Shown: positions 15,957 to 29,847, counted from the stretch's first letter. The stretch is 64,000 bases of DNA from the human T2T-CHM13v2.0 reference genome, Homo sapiens (GCF_009914755.1 NC_060930.1), one strand, 5' to 3'. Numbers and translations are program-made. Notes: generated by a model not told the origin, from the letters alone.

Positions 15957-16367
15957 TCTAAAAGTTTAGAAAGTGCTCCTGATTAGAATCTTCTCTCAGA
16001 AAGGCACAATCAATATTAACCTACTGAGGGCTCCAGCAGGCCCTGCAGGACAGCTGCCAGAAATGGTGACTTAGTTGAACCTAGCACTCCGCAAACATAT
16101 TTGACCATAAAACGCTTTCCTCATGCAATGAGTATTACTATCTTGCAGAACATACTAATGTAGTTCTTACCACAAATATGACACTAAAGTCCGAAAAGTC
16201 AACAAACCCAATATTTAAAACATCACATAGAAAATTCAAAGTTATCAGAATAGTTCATTGCAAAGAGATCAATTTCTGTTAAAATGAACAGCACCAACAA
16301 AATGAAAATATTTTCAGACACAAAATATTCTCAGACACAAAGAAAAAGGTTTAAAAATATAAATCTC

Positions 16368-16665
16368 GGCTGGGTGCAGTGGCTCACACCTGTAATCCCA
16401 ACACTTTGGGAGGCCGAGGCAGGAGGATCACTTGAGGTCAGGAGTTTGAGACCAGCCAACATGGCCAACATGGTGAAACCCCGCCTCTACTAAAAATACA
16501 AAAATTAGCCAGGCAGGGTGGTGCACGCTGTAATCCCAGCTACTCAGGAGGCTGAGGGAGGAAAATCGCTTGAACCTGGGAGGAAGAGGTTGCAGTGAGC
16601 TGAGATCACGCCACCTACACACCAGCCTGGGGGACAGAGCGAGACTCTGTCTCAAAAATAAAAAC
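16368..16665 (+). mobile_element. AluS
   Basis: Dimeric Alu with a local CCAACATGG duplication. Confidence 0.92.
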
Positions 16666-16929
16666 ATAAATCTCAACTTTTATGTTATTAAATATAATAA
16701 TATTGCAAGTAGAATGTAAAATAAAACTAAAAATGTATATAAAGAATTCATGCAAATGTGGCTAACATAACTCCTTCTCAATAGTTATGACAGAGGGCTA
16801 CATGAGTACATAATTACAAAGGTGATCATCCTATGGATAAATGTTTGATATCCCTAGGAGCTATTGAAATTCAAATTTGCACCCAAGGACCCTGACATAT
16901 CTATATTAAAGCAGCATAAATAAATTAAA

Positions 16930-17310
16930 ATTATAAACTCCAATATTGGCAGGCTTGTGGGCTAGAAAGCACATTTATAGGTGGCTGGTGGCATTCTAAA
17001 TTAATTCAGTTCTTCTGGACTACAGTCTGGCAAATTCAGTTCTTCTGGACTACAATCTGGCAATGTGCAGCAAAAGCCATAAAACTGTTCATTTATTTCC
17101 TTTGACCCAGCAATTCCACTTTGAGGAACACACCTTGGGGAAACAACCAAAAAGGAAAAAGAGCAATTGGTTTATACAGAGACAACTTCATTAGTGCTGC
17201 TTGCAGTGGAAGACCAAAGAGACAGCAAGCCAAGCATCCAACAACAATAGAATGGCTCAACACAGTGCCGACTGGAGGGGATAGAGCTATTAAAAAGTGG
17301 CAGCCATAAA
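16930..17310 (+). mobile_element. Old L1M fragment containing a 30-bp tandem duplication (17003-17062)
   Basis: TTTGACCCAGCAATTCCACT L1 motif; AATTCAGTTCTTCTGGACTACA(G/A)TCTGGCA x2. Confidence 0.6.
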
Positions 17311-17379
17311 GGCTTGAACTGACGTGAATCACAGGCACCTCAAAATTACTCAACACGCATCCAAACTTAAGGCCTCTCA

Positions 17380-18070
17380 GTTTCACCCACTGCTCCCCAA
17401 GCCTTCCCTTTCAAAGTAATCAGACCACCATAGACTGCTCAATGTGGGAACCTAGGAATCAACCTTGATCACTGCTTTCAATATCACCTGCTCCTTCCTA
17501 TCTCGCCATCAGCAAATCTCTCCAAAATTTCTATCTAGTAATCCCCATCTTCATTGTCACTGCTCTAGCACCATCATCTCTGCCCTGAATTACTGTAAAA
17601 TGTGCTAACTGGCCTCCAGCTTCTATGCTCCCCTTCTCTAATCCATTCTCCACAGAGCTGCCAGTGAGTTTTTATTTTTTTTAATTGCATTCAAGTCATA
17701 GTATTACCCTGCTTCCCACTGCACTCTGAGTGATGTCCTGATCCCTTAAAGGATCCTGTATGATATGGCCCCTGCCTGCCTTTTCAAGCTCGATCCGTTG
17801 TCCCCATTCACTGAGCAGCAACCACCGTAATCTTTCTATTCTCTGAACATGTAGGCTGTTTCCTCCCTCTGGGCCATCCCACATACTGTTCCTTCCTCCT
17901 GGCATACTCTTCCTTCTGTTCTTTAAAAGGCTGGTTCTCATTAAGCATCACCCCTTTTACGACGTCCAAGAAGGAAAGCCCATGAATAGTTTTTCATATC
18001 ATATACCCAAAGTCTAGCAATGCCTGACATTTAATAGATGCCCCATAAATTTTATTAAACGGATAAAATA
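17380..18070 (+). mobile_element. L2 fragment (other degraded L2 pieces near 7970-8700, 10890-11220, 34900-35650, 39600-40520, 57570-57850, 63700-64000)
   Basis: L2-like motifs (AATCCATTCTCCACAGAGCTGCCAG; TTGAAT(AAAT)GAA tails); boundaries approximate. Confidence 0.55.
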
Positions 18071-18632
18071 TAAATATATCTCTGTAAGATAACAGAAAAT
18101 AGCTGCACTAAGAAAAGCAGAACACAAGCAGGTACATACACATTAGTTTTAACTATACATAAATACTATAAACAAAGGGAATTGAATTGAAATGACACAT
18201 AAAGAGAATTCTACACCCACTAGGTTCTTCTAGTCTGACAACTTACATAAGTTTAAATTGTTCTTTCTTAATAACTCATCTATCCTTCAGTTGTTGTTCA
18301 AAGTACTGAGATGTAATGCTAGCTCCAACTACCCTCTAACTTGACTAGAATGAATGAACAGTTAGTTTAAATCAAGATCCTTCTGAAACTCATTAATCAT
18401 TTATTGCTTAACTGTTATGTGTCAGGACATTGAGCCAGAAACACAATGATGAAGAGCATATTGTCTTTGAGAAGCTGAAAAACAATATTAGCCCTGAGCT
18501 TTTCAAATGAGGAAACACACACAAACCTTGTCTATTTTGTTATTTTTCCTTGACCAGGTCTGCAAGGTTTAAACCCAAGAGGAGAGAGGAGTCATGGACT
18601 TCTACACATAAAAGAATAGCAAAGATTGAATC

Positions 18633-19028
18633 ATGATATAGTTAGGATGTATGTCCTCTCCAAATCTCATGCTGACATGTGATCCACAATGTTGGAGGTG
18701 GAGTCTTACGGGAGGTGTTTGGGTCATGAGGTGGATCTGTCATGAACGGCTTGGCATTGTCCCATTGGTGATAACTGAGTTCTCTGTTAATTCCTACCAG
18801 AGCTGGTTGCTTAAAGAGCCTAGCACTTCCTTCCCTCTCTCTTGCTCCCTCTCTCACCATGTGACACACCAGCCGCCCTTCCGTTCTGCCATGACTAAAA
18901 GCTTCCTGAGGCCTTACTAGAAGCCAAACAGATGCTAAATCCATGCTTCTTGTACAGCCTGCAGAACCATGAGTGAAATAAACCTCTTTTCTTTATAAAT
19001 GACCCAGTCTTGGGTATTCCTTTATAGC
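18633..19028 (+). mobile_element. MST-type MaLR solo LTR
   Basis: TGATATAGTT...CAAATCTCATG start; AAACCTCTTTTCTTTATAAAT...GGTATTCCTTTATAGCA end. Confidence 0.85.
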
Positions 19029-22000
19029 ATCGCAAAACGGATTAACAAAAATATCCAGCTAAATTATTCTGGGGACCTGTTACCATTTGCCTTGGAATCT
19101 CTTTCTTCCTTCCCAACACCCCCACCTCTCCTAATCCTGGGCAAGCTGACCTGGCCGTGTATAGGATGAAATCAAACAATGGTCTTGTCCCAAAGGTTAT
19201 TTGGGAGACCAGAATTCCAACCTGTTTTCCAGGACAAATGATTAAATAATTTCCTCTCACCCTTTGCCTTTTCCTAGTTTACTCAGTCTCTACAACCTAC
19301 GAAGCGATGTTTAAAAGCTTACTTAAGCGAGTGCTACCAGTCAGTATGATAAACCACACACAAACACATGACCTCTGACACCCCTCAAATCACGGAGTTA
19401 AACCAGTTTCTAAGAGACCTGAAATGAAAAGTGAAAAAAGGAAATACTAACAACAGATGGTACAAGCCCGTGCACTTACCCTATACAAATAACTAGGCTG
19501 ACAGCAAAGAAAACCCTAAAAGGTCCTCAAGTTCTCAGGATAAGTGAGTTGAAACTACATTGCTAAGCAGAACCCATGTCACACCGTTATTCACTAAACA
19601 AATATTTTTCAAAATGACCCAAGTAGCAGGAAAGCAAAGGATCCATTCCCTATTTATAACATTTCAATTTGCAGGAGTATCTTTCCATCTTAGCGATGGC
19701 ACCCTTGCCCGTCAGAGTCACACCATAGGAAAATGCTTACCAATGACTGCACACCCTTCCCTTTCAATCCACACACAGGTTGCTCTCAGTTTATAACCAG
19801 CAGTTTTAGCTAAACTTCCAAGCACCATCGTGGAGCAGAACTGCTCATTAAATTTCTGGAAAGAGAATGTTCAACTCTTGGGTAAAGTCATTCTCTTTAC
19901 AGAAAACAAAATTCTGGTAAATTAAGGTGACCTCTCTCCTACCAACAACTTGCAGAAAAAGCAGTGTGCACAAAGCCACACTGACCTAGATTTAAACCCT
20001 CTCTCCAGCAGTTGCCAACTGCATGACCATAAGATTTCTCAAACTCCATTCCCTTATCTGTAAAATGGGGCTAATGCTACTACCTCATAGACTTGTCACA
20101 TGTACTGAGATCATTTGCAGAAGGTATTCAACACAATGTCAAAGATAAGTACTCAATAAATAAGAGGCAGTGATAGCAATATCAATGATTAATATTAACA
20201 CCCACTTGCTTATTCCTCCCCTCTGGGCTTTCAGAGCTGAAGCCCTATTGAATCCACAGCTGCTCTCATTTGATTCCTGGACTCATGGACTCACTCCTCT
20301 CCACTCTCCTAAATCCATTAAGCTCATGTTCCTTTTCCCAAAACAGATAGATTTGCAAGGGCACCAAGCAACAGAGCCACACAGCAGTACTGACAGGAGA
20401 CGAACAAATAGAAAAGTATATAAAGATTAGATAATGAGCCTTGCTATGACTTAGCTTACTAAGTGCCCCCCTTAGTTTTCTTGTTTTTATTTTTGTGTAG
20501 CACAAAGTCTTAGGCATAATTTTTAAATATGAAGCCACAGGGCAATGTTCTGATCCCCACCCACACCCTGCTCAGTCCCACACCTGCCTGAGGTCTCTCT
20601 GAGCGCAACTTTCCCACCACTGCACACATCTGTCATCTCCAAAGCCAGGATACTGACAAGAAAATCTTCTGGTGGCCTTTAGCACCTCTCAAGAACAGTG
20701 AGATCACTACTGCTCACTGATCTCACTGAGATCACTATTGCTTACTATTGCTTTGAGTCAACAGCCTAAGTATCAGTGAACCCCACCTCTGTATAGCCCT
20801 CAGTCCTGCCTGTACTCACTGATATCTGCCAGGTTCCTCCTGGGTTATAACCTCTACCCAAGCTCCTCTCCTCTTGGATTCAGGCTAGAAATGAAGGTGG
20901 TAAGAAAGCTGGGTGGCAGCATGCAAGCCAATTTAGGATTCCCATTTTATTTTTTGGTATTTGACAAACACAAACACTGGGGCAAGGCCAGTATTTATTC
21001 ATGATCTCGCCCCTATCCTAAATAATCAAAGCTCAGCAGCTGTTGCTGCTACAGCCACAAGGCCCAGCCTTCTGCTAATGCTAAATGAGGATCCAACTTT
21101 GGGAACCAAATTGATTCCTATTATGGCTCCCATTGTCATTCTGTCAAACAGACATATCTTTGCCTAATGGTCCACACTGAGTCAGCTCCAAGTGATCACT
21201 GGACACATGCCCAAAGCTCTGAGATAACCTGGGCTCTTCTTGTCACAGAAGAGAAGCACCTGAGTTTGCCAAGAAGTTGCTGGTGACCTGGCATCACCGG
21301 AATTTGCCAGGCCTGCTTGGGGAAAGAAAGCCAACAGAATATTAGTGCTTTCTGGAAAATAAGCACAAGGAAAAGTCACTCAATTCATACCAGCCCCTGA
21401 ATAGTAATGATCTGATAATGCACCGGATCATTTCGTGTCACCAAAAAAAAACCAAAAAAAAAAAAAGATGTTTATTTAAGGCAATTAGAGTTTACATGCT
21501 TTATGAAGGACCAGCTGAACACAAAATTAATTTGCAAACTGTCTATGCAGCCTCCAAAGAGGCTTCACCTCTCATCTTCGTGGATATAGTTGCCTGCAAA
21601 GTTAAAGTGTGATGTCTCCACATTCTGGTCTACAATGAAGAAAGGACAAAGACCACCTGCCAGAGCCAGCCCAGAAGCTCCCACCTATTTGTTCTGACCC
21701 AATAATAGCATACCTGGAGAAAAGGACTGTCTTCAAACTGCCCCAGAATATACAGCATTAACTGTGCTTACTATATCCTGCTTGATAGACTTTGTCTACA
21801 TTTAGCCACACTAAAATATGTCATGCAGGAATTTGGTGGATATATGCCTTTTCAAGCCTCCCTTTTTTCCCTTCCCAACTTAAGGTAGTCCTTAAATCCC
21901 ATTTACGAGGAATTTTTTTTATTGCTGATTTGATTTACTTGTGTAGTTTATTTACACTAGAGGTGTGTTTGTTTTGTACTGGACTTGGGGAAGATTCAAA

Positions 22001-23499
22001 CATATGCCTTCAGAAACAGTTCAGATGACAGAGCTCAATTCCATTATACACATTTTGACTGTAATGATAACTCATGGGGTCGGTCAGGACTCCTGCATTC
22101 CAGCACAGGTTCTGCGCTCCCCATTCCTCTGATTAGAAGTTGCTTTCTCTACTGAGGCTAACGTATGTCATTCTCAGATTTGAAAGTTTTTTTTTTCTCT
22201 TATTCTCAGACTAAGAGCCAAAGTTACTTCAGGTATTTTAAAGATTTTAACATCAATCATATTTTGTGTATTAAGGTAAGTATACTACATTCATCCAGTG
22301 ATTCCACATGAGCGAGTAAAACCCAACCAGCACTGGTGATGGCCATGCTCATTTTATATACCATACGAATTGTACCTTCATGGCAAGATCCAAATCCCAA
22401 TTCATCCCTGGGTTCCCACTGCCCAGAATAGTGCCTCACTTAGAAAGGGTGCTCGATGCAGTTTCATTTGTAAACATGAAAAAGCAGTCACTTCCCCAGT
22501 AGAGTATTTTTTTTTCTCTCAACCAAAAAATACAGGGTGTTAAATCAGTATTTTTTATGCTCCCTTCCAGCTTTCACATTCTAGGATTGTAGAGCTAAGA
22601 TATATAGGAGAGAGAAAATCTTTTGGATATAATATCAGCTCTAATTTAAAGTTCTGCTCGAATTTGCCACCAAGTCTTGACATGATTCAGAACTTCAGCC
22701 CCCACCAGACCACTCCACACCTGCCCAAACAGCCAAAGTGAATTGCCAATGTACGAGGTAATGTACTTTGATAAATGATGGTCAGGAGGTAGCACTAAGC
22801 TACATGTCTAGTTTCAGTAACAGAGAAAAACACTATTACTTGGCACTTTCTAGGCAAACGCACAGCTGGACAGGCTATAACAGCAAATAGCCCTCTATCT
22901 GGAATTCATAATGCTTGCAAAAGAGTTTTCTAAAACTTCAGACCTCATATCTTTACCAATTATGGCTCCCTTCTCTTCTGAGGGCCTCACTGCCAAAATC
23001 CTACCTATGCAGTTAAAGCGAGCTCCCCGAGGGCAAGGGGCATCTCTGACTAAGTAGTGTCACTCTGGGCAAGCCATTCTAGAGCATTCCTTATCACTGG
23101 CACAAACCTAAAGCTCTCATGGATCTTGTCTCTGCCTTACAGAGATATGATATAGCAAGGGTAAGTGTCTCAGGCAGAATAGTACAATTGGTAAAGTCAA
23201 GATGGTGGAAGGTAAGCTTAGATTCTGAAGACAAAGCACAATCATGCACACTAGACTTACTGGGTGTCGAGCAACAAGAATGTTTTGTCCACCTGAGCCC
23301 CAGACTTTTGAACCCAGCTCTTGTCTTTCAGTGTATGTTTTACTTTCTATTATCATGCAGACACTCATCAGAAATAGAAGTGCAAGCAGCAAGAATACTT
23401 CCTTCCAAAGGCATTCCTGTAATTCTCATTCACGTTCTGTAACAAACCAAACCACCTTCTTAACTTTTCCCCAGTGAGCCTTCTCTGTTGTTACATTTC

Positions 23500-23750
23500 A
23501 TTATCAAGCAATTTGGACTTGTGAAACACGCAGTGTGGCACAGGGCTAAGGGAGGACATGAGCTGAAGAGCCAGGCAGTCCTGGGTTCTGGCCCCAGCAA
23601 TATCACGTGCAAGCTGTGTGGCCTGGGACAAACCAATGAAGTTCTGGGAGCTTCCATTTTCTCAACTATAAAAAGGAGACAATATCACCTGCTTCACAAA
23701 GATGCTATGAATAAATGAGATACTGTATACAAAGCACCTGGCATGTAGCA
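23500..23750 (+). mobile_element. MIR (others near 14380-14560, 19960-20170, 36370-36590, 41110-41350, 55000-55650)
   Basis: MIR core-like sequence; boundaries approximate. Confidence 0.6.
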
Positions 23751-24518
23751 ATTGCTCTCTCTATACATATACAATTGCTATATACATGTGTATATATTAT
23801 ATCATATTGTGTACCTATATATTTGTATTTTTATAAGCTTATAGTAAGCTATTTTTCATGCAGTTAGCCGGTCATGACAAACAAAAAGTCATAACACAAA
23901 AATGATGACAATAAATATTATCACACAAAAAGGGAGATATTTGAAAGAAGAGCATTAAAAGACATAATAAATAGAACATTTTACTGGGATTATTACTTTT
24001 TAATCTAACTGTAATACGTGGGCAGGCCACTAACTTGCCCACCTCCCCCAGTAGTGTTCTGAGTACCCTGCCACGTGTACCCAGGCTCCAGTACCTGATG
24101 TCCGTTATGTTCACATGGCCAAGGATCCCAATGGGATAAATACTTCTTGGAACAGTATCATGAGATCATCATTTTATACATTAACAAAGCCTGTGCTGTG
24201 GACTTGGGCATGCAGAATAAGAATGTGAAAGACAAAAGGCATTTCCTCCCCACCCTGGATGGGGATTATAACATAGTCTCTACTGATTCCTGGCACACCC
24301 TCCAGTCACCCTTCAGGATGAAGGGCTGAACCTCATGCCATTTCATGAATTTACCTGAAGTCTTTTTAGCATAGCTAGCAGAAGAATAAGGAATCCTGTA
24401 TTGGTTATCAACTTGAGACTGCTCCTAAGCCCCATTATAAATTTTATCTTTTTCAAAGTAGCCAAACTTAAATTGTCAGGTCTTTAGTTGCAAATCCAGT
24501 GCACAATTTTTAGGGTAG

Positions 24519-24832
<314 letters not shown>

Positions 24833-26573
24833 GATGATTCAAGAAAAGGAGCTGGGCCCTTTCTCAGTTAGTTAAGGCAACCTACCATTTGATTACATCA
24901 AGACCTTTGTTTAATTACCTACCTCATGCTAAAAGGTAAAATAAATGGAGTATTGCACAATGACTTAAGATTTAATCTGGGAATGGACTCTGTGAGGCAT
25001 ATAATAATCAGATGTGTTAGAAGCACCTGAAACATAGTAGTGGATAGTAGTGGATCTAAAGCTGTGAAAAAGGAAATGATGATAGTTCTCACTCCACTGA
25101 ACTAGGATCAGTGTTCCCATGGACCTAGATGTGTTTCTCTCCACACCAAGACTGTCAATCCAGGTTCATTGTCCCAAGAGACTCCCCGACTACTGCTTAC
25201 CATCCACCACACTTGTTTCACTTGTTTCAAAGATATAAACCTTGGCCATGCCATTAATAAGTGGGCAGAAAAGAGTTTCTGAAGGGAGACTGGGACTTGC
25301 CTCATTATAAATGCTAACAGTAACAAACTTTTATTTAGTCTCTCTCTTCCTCTTAAAACACACACACAAGGAACCAGAGTGTCTGTAGGATGAATTCCCA
25401 GGCCATAGCAACTGCAATGTCCTGAGATCTAAGCAGTTCTTGGCTGGCCAGGCGTTAAGCCCTTTTGGGGAAGGAGACAGCAAGCCTGCTTTTCCCTTAC
25501 ACAGCCCTGTCGTGAAAACAAGCTCTTGTTTCTTGGGGGTTTTTTTGTTCGGTTTTTAGCTAAGAATTTCCATCCCTCCTGCAGTGATAAAAGATAGGCA
25601 AGGGAAGCTCAAGGGTTTGATCTCAAATTTTCTTCCACCTAACTTGCCCCTTCACCCCAATATTTGGAAATAAAGGGAGGGAATTTGGGGGAAGTTGAGG
25701 GTAAGTTTTTGGTCAAGATGATTGACCCGAGATGTGGATGCAGCTTAGACGATGAGGGAGACTGCACCACCCTGCAGGGTCACCTGCCTAGCCACAGGTA
25801 AACGAGGGATCGGAAAGACTGTAGAAAATTCATCTTCCTTCACACACATCTCCTTCCCCCTCCCCCCATTCCAGTGCCGGCGCGCTGGCTGGCTGGAAGC
25901 CGGCGCTTTGGAGGCGCCGGAGAGTGGGTCTAAGGGTGATATTTCGGCATACAGAACCTGAGACCCCACCCGAGCCAAGAGGGAAGAGAGAGGGTAAAGG
26001 GATTGAGGAGGGGGCGGCTTGCGCCCTGCTCGGGAATGCACCGCGCGACAGCACCCGGAGGTCTCCGGTGTCCGGCGCGCACCGGTACCACTGTCTTCCA
26101 CTGCGGTAGCATCCCGACATGACATTGCAGCTGCAACAAAGCGCCGGCCTCGGCCGGCCGTGGGAGCCCCACACCGCGGCGAGGCCCCACACCACGCAGA
26201 GGGGCAGTGGCCGATGGGTGGGGGGCTGTGGCTGCGGGCGTGGGGAGCGCGAGGTAGGCCGAGTAGGGGGAAAAGCCCTCAAATGCGCAGAAGCTGGGCG
26301 GCTACCTCTAGCGTCTCCTCCAGCAAAGCCAGACTGCAAGGAAAACAATTCGTCTTCATTCCCCAGCCCCGGCTGAGCCCTGAGATTCCCCCAAATAACC
26401 TAGTCGAGGCCCTCTGGTGTGTTGCCTTCCCTTGGAAACCCCTCAGTGCCCGTAACCCAGTCGGCCGGGCCCCGCGCCTCCCTAAGCCCCGGCCCGGTGA
26501 CCCGCCCGGCTCCCGGAGAGCGGTTCCTTCTGCTCCGGCGCCGCCGCCACCCCCGGTCCACGCAAGCGCTCAC

Positions 26574-26669
26574 CAGGAGAAGGGAGCCCGCGATCATCGT
26601 GGCTGTGGCTCGGCGGGCGATGCGGCTGCAGGAGGCGAGGGCGGTGCTGCTGCTCGGAGAGGTCCCCAT
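26574..26669 (-). CDS. TNFRSF21: TNFRSF21/DR6 coding exon 1 (codons 1-32, most of the signal peptide)
   Basis: GCCATGG Kozak context at ATG 26669; translates [32 protein letters not shown]; phase-0 donor CTG|GTGAGC at 26574/26573. Confidence 0.97.
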
Positions 26670-27058
26670 GGCTGAACCGGGGACTCGCAGGGGCGCCCGG
26701 GGCGCGCGGGGCAGCTGGAATCGGCGGCTGCTTCTGCCCAGCGCCGCATCCACCGCCGCCTCCCGGGCCGGGAGCCCATCTACCTCCAACACCCCATGTG
26801 CACTGCTGCGGCCGGGCAGAGGAGGGAGGCGGCAAGGGAGGCTCTAGGGGCGCTCAGCACCTGCCCAGCGGCGCGGCCGCCCAGGCGGGGAGAAGCCGCC
26901 GCGACTGCAGCCCGCGTCTCCGGGTGCTCTCCTCCGACAGCGGCTGAGGAGAACCAGGGAGGAGGACTGGGCGCGAGAGAGCAAAGGAACGACTTCCCAT
27001 AGCGAAGCTTCCAGCCACTGCCAACCACCCTCCTCCGCTGCCCAGACTGGTCGGCGAG

Positions 27059-27140
27059 GGACTGAGTCGGTGGCCACCGGGCGCAGGGACACACGTGGTG
27101 GCGCCGAAGGGGCGGGGGACCGGCCCTTTGTGATGTCACC
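27059..27140 (-). promoter_or_regulatory. TATA-less core promoter: Inr-like TCAGTCC (A at 27063), E-box CACGTG (27092-27097), GC box GGGGCGGGGG (27109-27118), CRE-like TGATGTCA (27131-27138)
   Basis: Motifs read directly; TSS position and motif function are inferred. Confidence 0.55.
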
Positions 27141-27444
27141 CGGGAGGAGGCCGGGCTCTTTGTGCGGTTGGAAAGGCGAAGGCGTTCCAGGTAGAGCGGG
27201 GAGGGAGAGGGTGCCCCTTGGCGTTCGCTGAGGAAATTGCACGCGCCTGTTGACCCAGGGAAAGCGCTGAGAAAGCATCTCACTCCTGATCTAACTTTAC
27301 TTATTTTTTCCGAGATAATTCCAACTAAATTATTTCAGCTACATACGCCTTTCCATTGTTTCGGACACGATGATTAAATCAGAGAGCGATGGTGAATAGA
27401 CCACAGAGCACTTAGATCAACTGCGTGACGAAAAAGGAGACCTG

Positions 27445-27640
27445 TGTGTTGCTTCTCAAACTTTGCTGCCCTGTGGAATCACCTGGAGAGTTCAAAACAT
27501 ATATATTGATTCTTGGGTCCCACCTCTAGAGACTCTGATTTAATTGGAACAGGACAGGATCTGGTCTGGGCATTGAGGTTTGTTGTTGTTGTTGTTTGTT
27601 TGTTTTTTAAGTTTTCAGGGTGATTTTAATATGGGGCAAA
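27445..27640. mobile_element. MER5A-type element
   Basis: TTCTCAAACTTT...GAATCACCTGGAGAG...TCTGATTTAATTGG. Confidence 0.7.
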
Positions 27641-29577
27641 GATTTTAATTTTTTATATTTTAATTTTAATATGGGCTTATGAATGCAATTAAGGAAATCC
27701 AAACTAAAAGGATTTAAAACCCAGAGTCATTGGTGTTGGGTCCATGGATGGTCTTGGAGGGACTTTTGAACTCCTTGAAATGTATCAAAAGATGCATTTT
27801 CCTAATTTAAAAATCAAGAGTTTTGAATCGGATTATCCCTGAGATTTTTTTTAATCACCCTTCCCCCAAAAAATAATGCTAAAAATTTTTGAGTTGATTT
27901 CCAAAGGCCTTGTCAGGATGTGGGTGGTAGAATAGGTAGTATTCTGCTTCAGAAGGAGAACTGGAATATTCTCGTGGATGTTGGTATCTCACACACTTCT
28001 GAATGTAAGAGAGCAGCTGTTATCCTTTTCTTTGTTTCACCTGGGGGAAGGCCGAGTCTCCTGACTGTGGCCACCATTTCTGGTATCGTGTTATCCATCA
28101 TCTAGGTACTGACAGCACATGGCACACTGTATTGATATTACCTCTTCAGCCATCCAGTCCACACCCCTCAATTGGGAGCCCTATGGTGCTGGGCTTATCC
28201 TAGGCTCCTTTGGTCCCATTTCAAAAGAATCACACTTTTTAAACTATCAGTTTCAAGATCCAACACCCAGTGCTAATAAAGGTAACTTGCTAAGTCATAG
28301 GTACCAATTATTTGCTTTATTAGTTAACATGTTGTCCTTTGATTCTTTGCTCTATGCACACTTTGGTAGAAGCTAAAATTAATATGAGGGTTAATTCCAA
28401 TCTATTATTTCAAACATTTGTCAGTATTGTCTATAAATGTTAGAGTGGGAAAAAAGCTACAATATATAACCTCTAGTGAAATTCAAAGGAGTTCTAGAAA
28501 ATATTACCATTAATTATGGAGTTTTGGGGAAAGGATGATGGTTGGACTTGCCACTCTCTAGCTATTTTCAGAAGTTGAAAGAGTGAGGGATAGATGCTGT
28601 GTTTTCATGCATAACTGTATCAATTTTTTCTTCAAAAATTCAAATGACTGGCCAATACTATTATAAGGTTGGGTTGTTTTTTTTTAAGAAGTTACATAGG
28701 TATTAAAGAGGAGGAGGAGCTTCAAATACGTTTTTATTTAGTCCATTTTACTCCTTGCATCCAAACTCACATTTTTCGTGGTAATATATGATTGATTTGC
28801 TCTAAAGAGTTGGGCAACTTTAGAGTTTAGTGTCTGGGTTACTATGCAGGTATAAGAAGTTCTTCTCAACTATTTGTCTTCCTAAAACTAAAAGAAAATT
28901 GTTTATTTGTGCTTGGACCACTTTGAAACTTCATGAATTCCTGGTGTTCCATTGATCATATCAAGTTGAAATTTAATATACATTTTGAGAGATGAAAAAA
29001 TTTACTCAATTCTGTTTACTACTAACATTTAAATACATGTCCCTCTATAGAGTGATAGATTATAGATAATTTGAATCTAGATGCAGTGTGAAATTTTATT
29101 ACTTTGAATTGAAATGTATACATGCCTTCCATTTTGAAGTAACAATGCTGCAACCATTAAATAATTCATTGCCACATTTTCAATGTGGTAACTTAGACAT
29201 GTCTGTTTTCTGGGAAAGGATAAAAATTCAATGATACATAAGGAAGTTTCTCCCAAAGTTCCAAGGAAAGAGGAGATATGTGTTGATAAATCATAATTAT
29301 AGCTAAATTTTAAAGGAAGGCCTAAATGAGTTAATCCAATGTCATCTTTGCCATAAAAATTACTCTATCTCCACCCTCCATCCTACCTTTGGACTTTCTC
29401 TCTTTCTGCCAATGTTGTACAATTTTTCTAGTTTTCCAACCTCAAAAATCATTGCTAATTCTTTCCTCGTCCTTAGTACATTCCAATTAATGCTTTCCTA
29501 ACCTTTCATTTTTTTCTATTTTATCTTTCTTGTTAAAAATCTGATATATACATCTGGATACTGAAGAAATCACCAGA

Positions 29578-29656
29578 GATTGCGCCACTGCAGTCCGCAG
29601 TCCGACCTGGGCGACAGAGCGAGACTCCGTCTCAAAAAAAAAAAAAAAAAAAAAAA
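29578..29656 (+). mobile_element. Severely 5'-truncated AluYb8/Yb9-type insertion
   Basis: Diagnostic duplication CACTGCAGTCCGCAGTCCG; pure poly(A); perfect 14-bp TSD AAGAAATCACCAGA (29564-29577 and 29657-29670). Confidence 0.93.
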
Positions 29657-29847
29657 AAGAAATCACCAGATTTACCATCTTGTCTTAATTATTTTTTTAA
29701 CTTATCCTGCACACTTTCAGAAGGTCTAGTAAAATTTCATGTTCTTTATAATGAAAATAACAATTGTCCACATTTTGAGAAATGACTGCTGCATGACAAA
29801 CATCCTGAGCCGATCTATGAGGGAATGACAGAAAGTTGGCAGGAAAA

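Larger units (their letters stand above)
25870..27270. promoter_or_regulatory. CpG island covering the TNFRSF21 promoter, exon 1 and proximal intron 1
   Basis: Abrupt rise in GC and CpG density relative to CpG-depleted flanks; boundaries judged by eye. Confidence 0.92.

Noticed and set aside
26670-26792. In-frame non-AUG N-terminal extension of DR6
   Set aside because: The frame is open back to a TAG at 26844-26846, but only near-cognate starts are available and they lie among competing AUGs; no support from sequence alone
26019-26847. Long plus-strand ORFs (218 aa, 142 aa) antisense to exon 1
   Set aside because: Expected by chance in a stop-poor CpG island; low-complexity Arg/Pro/Ala/Gly content with no recognisable domain
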